Source: Paraspadella gotoi
Lineage: Eukaryota; Animalia; Chaetognatha
Reading direction: 5' to 3'
Assembly: GCA_051294375.1 (NCBI GenBank)
Contig: CM119265.1
Coordinates: forward strand, 20,306,966-20,370,965
DNA length: 64,000 nucleotides
The notes beneath the pieces are model-generated. The model did no database searches, had not been told where the DNA came from, and worked only from the letters and a program-made list of their open reading frames with translations. Made by a program: the position numbers and the translations under genes. Every line of letters starts with the position of its first letter. Within the stretch, counting starts at the first letter, position 1. This document shows positions 1-12,700 of the stretch, one piece after another.

Positions 1-770
1 ATTTACAAATGTTATATTTTATTAACTGTTTGTTAGCTATATTTATTAATAAATAATAATAAAAAATAAGCTAAAATGCAAAAAATTAAAATTTCAAAAT
101 TTTAAAACCAAATTTGAATTCCTTACAAAAAGTTGATATAAGAAAGTATAATCCATTTATCAAATTCTTTCATTAAGTTGGTTAAAAATGTTAAAAACTA
201 TTTTTTTATATAATTTTTAAATTTTTTGCTTAAAATTATAGTTTTTCAAAATTTTGACCAACTTAATGACATAATTTTGGAATAAAAATTATATTTTCTT
301 ATATCAACTTTTTGCAAGGAATACAAATAAAAATTTTGAAATGATTACTTTTTAACTTTAACCTAATTTTTACTTATAATTATTAATAAATATAGTTAAC
401 TAACTTTTTATAAAATATAAAAATAAACTTACCATAATATTTTTATAAGTTTTTATTTTTATATTTAAAAAGCTCATGTAAATTTTGTAAAATTTTAATT
501 ATTTGATTTATCATAACTTATAATTGTTTTTCTTTTTTATGACAATTTTATATACATTAAAAATCGTCCTTTTCGACAAGAAAGATAAAATAATACAAAA
601 AAATGGTCATCACCATCAAATTCTACAGACTTGTTTACACTAAAATAGCAATGTACCTTATTCGATTTGTTATATTTTGTTATTTTTAAACGCCCTGTGT
701 GGGAAAGAAGATAATAACGTAAGTAAAGGGGTCTTGCGTTTGACCTTTTTTTCGGGGAATTCGGAGCCAG

Positions 771-3700
771 CAAAAAGCGAAAACTCGAAGAACTGTTACG
801 AAAGCTAAAAAGATATGTAATACAAAAAGATCAAGTGCATGTCAAAAGGCCGCAATGAGCAAATTTGCCAAATCACGCCAAAGGGACACTTGTGGAAGAT
901 TTGTTTCGGAACCTTGTCCGACCTATAGAAAAACGAAACTGTGTCCCAGTTTTACGAGATCGCCATCAAGATTATTCGATAATTATAAACAGTCAACAAG
1001 TCAGTGACCAAAAAGGAATTCATCTAATATTATTTACTTTATTATTTACAGTTTAGCATAGATTTTTATTCACATACATTTGTTAATATGGGTTAAATAA
1101 AAATAAATATCCTTATAAAATTTCGATAGGACATAACTTTCGAAGCACTGGAAATGAAAGATATAAGTTAAACAACATTTTACTGCAAGACGAAAGAATT
1201 GATGTCAACGGCAAAGTTGGGACGAATGCCTGGAAAAATCATGAAACACCAAAAACGACTCGGAAAGTTAAAGGCATTAAAGAAATAAATGAAATCATTT
1301 AATTAACTTTTTAAATCTATTTGAAGTGAATTAAATAAACAAAAATTATACTAAATTAGATAACATTCTACCGCTAGACGAAGCAATGGATGTCGATAAC
1401 AAAGGTGTAACGAATGCTTGGAAAAGTGATGAAAGACAAAAAACGACCCAGAAAAATACAGGCAATATAACATCGAATGAAAAACTGTTTAAAAATATTG
1501 TTGTCATTATTTGTAAGATCTGTTCAGATTCTGTAGTTATGTAAAATTTGAGCTTGAAGTGACCGAGAAGAGAGAAGGTCGCCATGACTCTCAGTGAATG
1601 GGGATAAACCCCACACTTGGTGTGCCCAGTGGGTCAGTTGCCTTGCTTTCCGGAACTTAGGATCCGGCGTTAAGTTTACTACCGGTGGTTTAACCGGCCC
1701 AACACTCTTTTTGCAATGACTATTCCGCACAGGGCTAGAACCAGTGACCATTAAGTTTGGAGATGAAGCGTTAACCCAGTGCGATTTTACGGCGATGATG
1801 GAAGGAACAGTCGTATCCAATGGGTAGTAAAGCGGGCCAAAATTTATCATTTTTTACAATATGAAAAGTCTGCAATAAAAGTTTTTTGTCCTTTTCAAGC
1901 CAAATTGACTTATGATGTTAAATTTTGATTAAATTAATTTTCCTCACACATGGAAGCATTTTAATATTTAACAATATATAAGAAATTCAAAAAAATTTTT
2001 TAAGAAATTTTAATATTTAAAAATGGATTCTGATAAAGATTAAAAAGTTTAATAAATGGGCTAAAATTTAAAAAAACCTTAAAAAATAATCATAATCATC
2101 ATTCATTAAATTTTATAGTTTTTATTAATTTTCATAGATAAATCAATAAAATTTCAAAAAGTTGTAATACTAACTTTCATCTAATTTTTCAAGCTCTATC
2201 AGAATCCATAAAAAAATTAAAATTAAAAAAAAAAAATTTCGACATTATATAGTATTCGGATAATATAAAATAGCTTCCATGCTTTTAACTATAAGATAAA
2301 TCTTAATTTTTTTAAAAAATTTTATGATCTTTAACAATATTTATACCGGACTTCTGTTAGTTTGTAACCTGTTCCGCCTTAATGGGTAGTGATATTATAT
2401 CACTACAAGCTTTTACAAATTTAGTAGTTATTTTAATTATATATTTTTGTTAATAAAAAGTTATTAATAATAATATCAGTGAAACTTGATTTAATGAAAA
2501 TTGATTCTTTTTAAAGGAAAGGATTTTGACAGAATTGGGAATGAGAAAAAATTGCTGGGTAATGGAATCATAGATGAATCTATGAAAATAGATAAACCAG
2601 ATAATACAGGAAGTCTTGGCAGAGATCAATTAACTCCGAAGCAAAAAGGTAATAAAATAGGAATAAAAATGAAACAAAATGATAAAAAACTACTAACTGA
2701 GACTAGGATAAAGGCCAACTGAATTCATTATTTCGTGGCAACAATTGTTATTCCCAAATCTTGCAGTTTATTATTGATGTTATCATTTTATTAACGTCAC
2801 CAGATACTAGAACGGTCAATAAAAAATCTGCAGCAATTTTTAAACCATATAAACGTAAGCCATGTTTCTTCATGCTAGAATTCTGAAACAGCCCATAAAA
2901 AAGGGCAGCAGTTAGTTAATTTTGTCTGTTTCAACCAGGGTTGTGGAGCTGGCCAATTTTGCTCTAACTCCAGCAAAAAAAGATTGCAGCTCCAGCTCCA
3001 AGTCCGGCTCATCCTATAGTTTTGTCCAGCTCCAACTCCAGCTCCAAAAAAAATTGTGAGACAGCTGCAACTCCAGCTCTGACTTAAAATAATGTTTATT
3101 GTTGCTTATATTTATATCAATACTAATTTTATTAATTTGCTAATTTATAATTAATTTTTATTTGCTTATATTTAAATCAATAATAAATTTATTAATTTAT
3201 GTATTCATTCATTTAATAATTTATTTATAAATAATAATTAAGTATTTTTCAATATTTTATGTATGAAAACACAATTTGTAATTAAATGTAGACTTGATAT
3301 TTTTTGATGAGTATAAGATAACAAGTTTGAGCAAACAATGTCGGATCTGCCCACGATCATTATCGGTAATTAATTAATTCATTAATAATTAATTCAAGTT
3401 AATTAATTATTTAATAAATAATTAATTTATTAAAGTTAATTATTTAATTAATTAGGCAATTAATTAATTAATTTGATCCAAAATTTTTTTTTGATTGATT
3501 GACTGATTAATTAATTGACTAATTGCTTAATTAACTGATTAATTATTTGATTAATTAATACATTTACATTTAAAATAAAAAGAAAAAGAAGCATAATCAA
3601 TTAGTGAAACAGGTTCTTTGTTTTTTCCATTTAAACTCATTTCCACTCAAACGATTCCATCGAAACTTGATTTCCAGTTTAATCACACACTTTTCTACCC

Positions 3701-6700
3701 AATTACAAAATTTCAAGTCAATCGCCCCATCCACTCATGAGTAATTGTTGTTCAAATAGTGAAATATATTTTTTTGTATTTTTCATTTAAACTCATTTCC
3801 ACTCGGACGATTTCATCGAAACTTCATATCCAGCTCAATCACACACTTCCCTATACACAGACAAAATTTCATTCCAATCCATCCATCCATCCAATCACGA
3901 GTAATTGGTGTTTTTTGCTAAGGTGGGACGGACGGACAGACGGACGGACGTCATTTTTTTTGCTTAATTTATCATAATTCGATGTTTTGACATGATATAA
4001 GTGAATGCCCGACAAGATTGACGGGGCAGGCCGACGGACCGACAAAGTGAATTATACTCCTGAAGAGACAGTAATTATTGTTAAGTGTTAGTTACAGAAA
4101 CGTTCAATATAAGCAGTCCCTGAGCTTCAGTTCAGGCTGTAACACTGTTACAGGCGGGTTAAGCGCCCCGTCCCTCTTAACTGCTAAACGACTAACGGGC
4201 TAGAACCCCGGACCTTTGGGTTGGGAGGCGAATGACTTGCCTCCGGCACCAATGGCCGCTGATGAACGGTTGGTGAATTTTAGTCCACCATACTCCCTCA
4301 TTAAACCTAATCATTAGTAATCAATAGTTTATTAACTTTATACAAAATAATATTCATTTAAAATTTTAATTTTTTTATTAACATTTTAAAATATTTTGAT
4401 TTTCCTTCAAAGGAAACATTTCTCAAGGTGATGGAAAGGAAAAACAAAACACTTTACCTTTACATGAATCAATGGACGTTGCAGATGGAAAAAAACAAGA
4501 TGATCGAAAAACAAACACCAAAGAAAAGACAATTAAAAATCAAACTGGTAAAGCTGAAATGTGAATTATATCATTCCATTTTTTATTAAACATTGTTTTG
4601 TTAGACCTTGAAGCACCAAAAATGTTAACTGAAGTTGATATCAAAAAGCAAGAAAATTCTGGAGCACAAATGAAGACGAAACAAATGGCGAATGAGTTAG
4701 CAAAAAATACTGACCAGCTTAGAAAAGACAACGCAAAAGAAGGTAAAACCATTGGATATTTTAAAAAGATGTGTTAAATTTAAAAGTTAATTTTGAATCT
4801 ATTAATCATTTTCGTCAAATACATAATGGACCTATAAACAAAGACTATCAATCATCAACTGCAAAGAAAATAGAAGATACGGATCGACCAGGAAAACCTT
4901 CAACCTTTCAGCGCACTTCAAGTAAAAGGCTTTTTATTCTTTCTTCTATTTAACTCCAGTACTAAAATAATATGAGTGAATCGATTAGGAAATGAAAAAA
5001 AAGTGCACATATCTCTGTAAAAATATCTTTACAATGTTTCGTTCACAACTTCACTATGGTTTATTGGAAAGCTTTAGCTTTAGTTTTAGAACCTGGGGGC
5101 AATCTGCTTTAAAGCGCCTTACATTGACCTATTAAAAAGAGACCGATGAACAGGATATGGGTTAAAAATCTAATCACCACAAATAAAATTTTTACTTCTT
5201 ACTAAAATGCTTTAGCTGTTTTACAGTATGAGGCAGTATAGAATTTTTTTGAGCTTTAGTTACCATCATGAGGACTGTCCACTGGGGAACATAAATTTGA
5301 TTTGAGTGAACAAACAAGGATATTTAGACGTGAGATAGTATGATTAAGGAGTACAAAAAATATTTTGCTTATATTGTTTGGGGAACAGTATGGGGTACAA
5401 TATATTTATAGTAATATCCTTATAAAATCATAAATTTTTAAAATTTTTATTAAAGATTCTGATTCTTCATAAAAGGTTAGATCAAAAATATAAAATATGT
5501 TATCAAAAATTTCAGTATCTTCAGCGTCAGAAATTTGAAAAAAAAGATAAAATTCTCTACTTTTTCATACTTTGTAGTAAAAACTACTATATGATGAAAC
5601 GGTTTGGTCATTTTTCGCAGCTTTAACCTAAAAATATCATGTAACTATATTTTACAAAGTTTTTCAGTTTTTTTTCCTCGGTGAAGTACAAAAACTTGGT
5701 TCTCTTTAAAATTAAAAAAATATGATTTTGAAATTTTATGATTATATAAGGATATTACTATAAAAAAATTCAATTAATTATACTGTTATACAAATTTTTT
5801 TTGAAAAAGGGCTTAATTATTTTTTATTATATATACAAAGGTAGCATAAAAACATTGTTCTGTGGCGAATCCTAAAAATTCGTCTCCTGTATAGCTTGGT
5901 GAAACTCAGCTCGTCCCATTGGCTTGGACAGCTAAGTACTCGTTCACCAACCGTGAGTTCCGGGTTCAATCCCCTCACGGTCACTCTGGTTAAAGTGTGA
6001 TGGTGTCGGCATAAACAAGCCAGTGATATGGGGTGGTCACTGCTGGTCCAAAGCCCTGAGCGCCAGCTGTCGGGAGATGCCTCACACCCCAGGCATCATA
6101 CATGTCACTCAGTTTCCAGAGTTCCATCGCTCAATCTTTTCATCACTCCATCCTACTGTACAGAAAGATTTTGTTTTTAAAAATTGCTTCCCGATTTGAG
6201 AAATCAAGGGAAAACTCACAGAAAATGATAATTTTAAAAATGTATTTGATTTATTTAAGGCAAATTACAACACAAGGACAACGAGACAGCAAACACAAAA
6301 ATAAAAGGCACCGATCTCCATGGCTCTGAAATTCCTTCAACATCCCAGGGAGTTACAAAAAAAACTAGCCAAGGTAAGCAAAATATTGAAAATCAATACC
6401 TTAGTTCAGCAGTACATATTTCACAAAACTGTTTAAATCATGTTTTAAAATTAACCAAGCATATAAAATTAGATCAAGCAAAGGATAAAGGATTTCAAAA
6501 AGAAACTGCTCAAACAGTTCAAGCTTCAAATATTGATCACACATCGAAGAAAACAGAGGATTTGAAACCGTTTAATCAAGGTAAATACATATGTTATTCA
6601 AAGAAATAAATTATACAAACCTTCATCAAAAATATTTGATATTTAAAAAAAAGATAATTTTTTTCTTTAATACCTTTAATAAAAATTTGGCATACACATT

Positions 6701-9700
6701 AAACTAAAAATAACAATGAAATAAGAATTTCAAGAAAAAGATCAATGATGATTGATAAAATTAATATTTAATATAATTACAACAAAAAGACTACGAAAAA
6801 GCAAATACAAAAGAAATTAATTTTGATGGCTTAGAAAACCCTTCATCCCAAGGAGTTTCAAAAAAAAGCTAGTCAAAGTAAGCAAAATATGATTTTTAAC
6901 GCCCTCGGGTCAGCAATACATATTTGAAAAAATGAAAAAATAAATTAACGGCAATTTCAATAGGTACCGCATGGACATCAACTAAAATAATCCAGTATTC
7001 CCAAAGTTTTTAAACTTTTGTAATGAAAGTGGGACTGACCAATCGGACATCGGACAGATACACCGACCAGATATGCAGAAGCAATCTGGAAATATAGGCA
7101 AATTAGATACATTTTTAACGTCGTGGGACAGACCGACCGACAGATGTAACGACCGACCGACGGAAACGTGACTTATAGGGTTGCTCCGCGAGTACTCGCG
7201 GCGTAACTAAAAAAAAGAAAGAGAAAAAGAAAAAAAAGCAAATAAAAAATAAATTTAATGCATTTTTATCATTAAAATTTCTGCAATATAAAATATTGAA
7301 GAGACTTATGTATGTTTTATTTGAAAAAAAATGGGAGAAAAAACTACATAAAATTAGCATTTATCGAGACTGATCAAACGGAGAAAATCCTGTTTTTTAA
7401 AAGGATTTTACAACGTTATTTACTTTTAAATATTTCAACATTGCTACATCAAAAAAAAAAAAAAATAAAAAACAACTTTATAATCAATATATTTAATACA
7501 CATTATTTTGTAAAAATTTAAAATGAATAAAGAAATCAACCACTTCTATAATTATAGGTGGGACAAAGGATGGAGGATCTCAAAAAGAAACTACACAAAA
7601 AATAGAAGCTTCAAACGTTGATAACATGAAAAATATATTGGGATCGCAAGAAGTTATGAAACCATTAAGTCAAGGTTAAAAAATAGATTGTATGTGACAC
7701 TATACAGGGACTTCAAACTGAGCCGATACTAAAAGACTTGATTAAACTCATAATTCTTTCACTGTATATTATTTTTTTATTAGTTAGAAAAATACTTGAC
7801 GTTTATGTTGACCTAAAAAAATGTTTAAATTTCCTAATAGCATAATCAGTAATCAAAGTGGCTCTCAAGCGTCACTTTTATTACTTTTTATCGTCGCAAT
7901 CGCTCAGCGTTTGCGACGATATTGTAATGCTTTTGCGCATAAGTGGCGTCGTCGTCGGCGTTGTCGTCGGCGTTCCAAATTATAGATCGCCTTTTTTATG
8001 ATTAAATTTGGGTGTAAGAAGCTGAAAATTTATATACAGCTTCTTATCATCGATGTGCTTAAAATTGAGTCTGGACAGTTATTAAATATGTTTTGTTTAC
8101 GTTTTATCAAAACAAATAATTTTCTCTTTTATTTTTATATATCTTTCTCTCTCTCTTTTTCTTTTAATTACATGTCTCTCTCCCTCTCTCTTTTCCCTAG
8201 TCACTGATTCATAGACAAAGGGAAAAAAACGAGTCTGGCTCTGCAGGGGCTTATTCTTTTTCTCTCTTTTCTTTTTTTTCTCCTGCTGCTTCGTCTGCTG
8301 CCTTTTGATTTCTTTCTCTGCAGCTGGCTCTGCAGGGGCTATTTTTTTTCCCTCTTTTCTCTTGCTGCTTTTGCCTTTTGATTTCTTTCTTTTTTTCTGG
8401 GTGCCTCTGCTGCTGCCGCTGCTGATTCGTCTGAAAACGATTTGGCTTCTCTCTCTCTCTGATTAATTTTTTCCCTCTAAAAACTTTTATTATTGCCATT
8501 TATTCCCAAATTTACATCCGAGATTTTCGTGGATTTTTTTTCCTAAATATTCTAAATATCAATCAGAATAATAATTATTTTCAATATATATTTATTTTAT
8601 TATTTTATTTTACTTTACTTCATTTTACTTCACTTTAGTCTTTACTTCAATTTGTCAGTCTGATTCAAGTTTAACTTTGTCTTTTGTCTGGGAATGTTGA
8701 CAGTGTTTAGAGAGGTCGCATTCGATCAAACTCCTCGCTTATGTGGGCTAAAAGTAAAACAAAAGTACCTTCAATAATGTCTTTCCAGACTTAGCACTTG
8801 CAAAAAATTAAACTCAAAAATAAGTTATTTTAATGTTTTATATTTATTATTCTTTTTTTTCTATTTCTTTCTGTTTATAAATTCTTTTTTTTCTCTTAAA
8901 TTAGATTTTTTTAGTATCAAAATTTGTCGTCAATCCAGATTTTTCTTATGCGATTGTGACGATCCTTATGCTTTTAAGATTTTTTGTCTAAATTTTAACA
9001 GTTTTTAACCATTTAGCAATTTTAAATGCTGATTGTGAAGTTATCTGATATAAAAATAAAAATTTTTGGTGATAAAAAGTTAGTTTGGTGATATGTTAAA
9101 AAGATATAAAATTTTACTATTTTATATGGATATTATTACAAATATATTAAAATTTTTATTTAAATTTCTTAATAATAAGAGTAAAATATTATTTTTATTT
9201 AAAATATTATCATTATGAAAATTTGTAAATTATTTGTTTCACTATTTTCTATTTTTTATATCTTATGAAGGATTTAGTATTTAATCTATATTATTTAAAC
9301 AAATATATATTGCTTTCTTTCTTAAGAAAATTTTTTTACTTATCATTATATCTAATAAGTCAGTGTTGTCTTCTGGAAATAGGAGCATCTATAACATATT
9401 TAAAAAAAAAATTGTTCTCAAGAGCTCCACTCTAATTTTTCTTAATGTAATATATTTTTTGACCAAACTATATTAGTTTTCTTTTTTTAATAATTAAGTA
9501 AAAAAAGGTAAAATTTTTACAGCAATCAACTTATTCTATAATTTTAGGTGTGACAAAGGATGGAGGAACTCAAAAAGAAACTACTAATAAAATAGAAGCT
9601 TTAAACGTCGATGACATGGGCTCACAAAAAGTTTTGACGCCATTAGGTCAAGGTAAGAAAATAAATTGCTTTTGTTACTATATTTATTCTTTATATAGTA

Positions 9701-12700
9701 TATTTTTTTGACCTAACTATACTAGTTTTCTTTTTTTAATTTTGAAGTAAATAAAAGGAACCATTTTATGGCAATAAACTACTACAATTTTAGGTATGAC
9801 TAAGGATGGAGGATCTAAAAAAGAAACTACTAAAAAAATAGAAGCTTTAAACGTCGATGACATGGGTTCACAAAAAGTTTTGACGCCATTAGGTCAAGGT
9901 AAGAAAATAAATTGCTTTTGTTACTATATTTATTCTTTATATAGTATATTTTTTTGACCTAACTATACTAGTTTTCTTTTTTTAATTTTGAAGTAAATAA
10001 AAGGAACCATTTTATGGCAATAAACTACTACAATTTTAGGTATGACTAAGGATGGAGGATCTAAAAAAGAAACTACTAAAAAAATAGAAGCTTTAAACGT
10101 CGATGACATAGGATCACAAAAAGTTTTGACGCCTTTAGGTCAAGGTAAAAAAATAAATTGCTTTTGTTACCATATATATTAGACACATTTGAATCCGACA
10201 AAGTTTTAATTAGATAACCAGTCTGGGTGTCATTCTGTTCGTTTTTCCAAGCTCTTTTTAACTAAAACAGTTTTATTTAAAAAAAAACTTTTTCGCCCAA
10301 GCCAGGGGTGTTGAAGAGTCAAAATATGAAAATTCACCATTTTTTATATTTTTTAACTTTTTACAGTTAATTTTTTAAATATAATATTCTTTAATCAAGT
10401 TAATTACTTCTGATTAATGATTTTAATTTATCCTATTTACTGTTTTTTAAACATTCATTAAAAATATTAGTTTTTAGCTTAAACCAAGGGTATTGAAGAG
10501 CTAAACTGTTTAAAATATTTTTTTTTAATATTTATAAATTATAATTTATTATTTTTTAAAAAAACTTATTTTAATCATGGTAATGAAAATATTTGATATC
10601 TTTAAATGCTTTGAGGCGACTTACCACAACTTTAAGTTAATCAATTAATTTAATAATGTTTTTTAAAACTGAAAACCCAAAAACTTTTATGATCCAAAGC
10701 AATTACATTTTAAATTTTAAATCATAAAATGTAATTGTTACAAGATAAAATTATTTAAATAATATTCGGATATTACTATAAAAAATTTGTTTACTTTATA
10801 CTATATAAATATAATTTTATTTAAAAAATAATATCTGCATATAAATTTTGTACGGATAAGAGTAATAGTTTTGTTTAACTCTATATACAAATATTTTGTT
10901 ATTAAATAAAATAATTTTTCTTTAATATACAATCATTTTTAAAAAAATAATTAATTGCTTTTTACTTTTTTCATTAAATAATTGTTTAACAAAAAAGTTT
11001 TGTTTTTCTCACTAAATCTAAAAACAAGGAAAAGAAAGTTATGATTTATAACAGATTCATTAAAAATAACTACCTCTTATAGTCCGTTCATATATTTAAA
11101 TTAATTCATAAATTCATTTAGATACTATTTTACTATATAATAATATATTGTTAATTTACTTGATTAGCAAATTATTAACAAGTTTAAATTATAAAACTTT
11201 TTTATTGCATTTTTAGATTTAGATGTTAACAAAAAAATTTAATGAATTTAAAAAAAATTTTTATCGTTGTAACAAATTCATTAAATTTTCTTTGTAATCT
11301 CTAAAAACAACAAAAAAGAAAGGATCAAACCATGAATATGTTAACAAACATTTTTTTAATAAAAAAATTTTTTTTTAAATCTAAATTAAAAATTTTAATT
11401 AAAATATAATCATTTCTATCCTTGCATCCCACGTAAGTCCCTCCCCTAGCCCTAACCTCCGCTTCGCGTCCAAGGCCAAGCATGAACCTTGAACCTATCA
11501 TCGTCCATAAAACTTTTCCCATCTGTAACTTTCCAGTTGGGTATAACTACAACAACCTTGTTGATCGTAATGCTAACTTTTACTTATTCAACCTGAATTA
11601 CAACTACCTCAATGTTAAAACTAAACACTACCCTTAACCTAATTTTGCTAAAATTGCCATAACTAGAACATTAGTTTCAGTTCATTAACAAAATTATTAT
11701 TTTTTATGCGATATCGCATAAAAATCTGGATAGTGGATATCATCAAATTTTATGAATTGCTTTATTTTCAAGATGAATCTTTTAAAAAAACTTTTTAGAA
11801 ATAGGTCACAATAGTTTTTAATGCTTTTAATTATAAAAAAATTAACTATGTTAATTAATTTAAAAAACCATTTAAAATTTTCAAATATTTTTATTATCAT
11901 GATTAAAATATGTAATCCTTAAAAAAATAGTAAATTATTATTTGAAAATATTAAAAAAGACAATTTAAAAATCTTAGCTCTTTAACACCCCTGGCTTAAG
12001 CCCTAAACTAATATTTTTTGTGAATGAATATTTTAAAAATAGTTGAATATGATAAATTAAAAGCATTATCATTAGTAATTAACTTGATTAATGATAATTA
12101 TATTAAAAAAATAATGAAAAAAGCTAAAAAATACTCATAAAAGGTGAAATTCCATATTTTGGCTCTTTAACACCCCTGACTTGGGCGAAAAAGTTTTTTT
12201 TTTAAATAAAACTTTTTTAGTTAAAAAGAGCTTGGAAAAACGAACAGAATGACACCGAGACTGGTTGTTTATTTAAAACATTGTCGGATTCAAATGTGTC
12301 TAATATATATTATATAAAAATTGTTTTGTAAATAAAACAAACAAATGAGTGCAGGAATATAAATCATATATATATTATATATATATATATATTCTTTATA
12401 TAATATATTTTTTTGACCTAACTATACTAGTTTTCTTTTTTTAATTTTGAAGTTGTGGATAAGGCGCTAAGTGGGCTGAAGACTATTATCCATAACTTCT
12501 ATGCCCCCTCAGCAGCCATGGAACAGGTCTTGGGCTTGGAACCAGGCTTGAGAGTAATTCACCTCCCCAAGGCGGTTTATGGCCATCTTCACACTTTTCG
12601 CAGGGTAGGTACTGGGTTGGGATTGAACCCAGTACCTAATGCTCAAGACTGAAGGTGTCATGCTTATAGGCGGGGTGAACTTAAGCAATGCCCGACTACA

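Noticed and set aside
4743-4843. Apparent AC acceptor (aaatac|ATAAT) before a coding-like segment
   Set aside because: In-frame AG acceptors exist at 4786 and 4843, so a non-canonical site is not required.
9548-10170. CRISPR-like regular repeats
   Set aside because: Eukaryotic exon/intron tandem duplication with identical rather than unique spacers.
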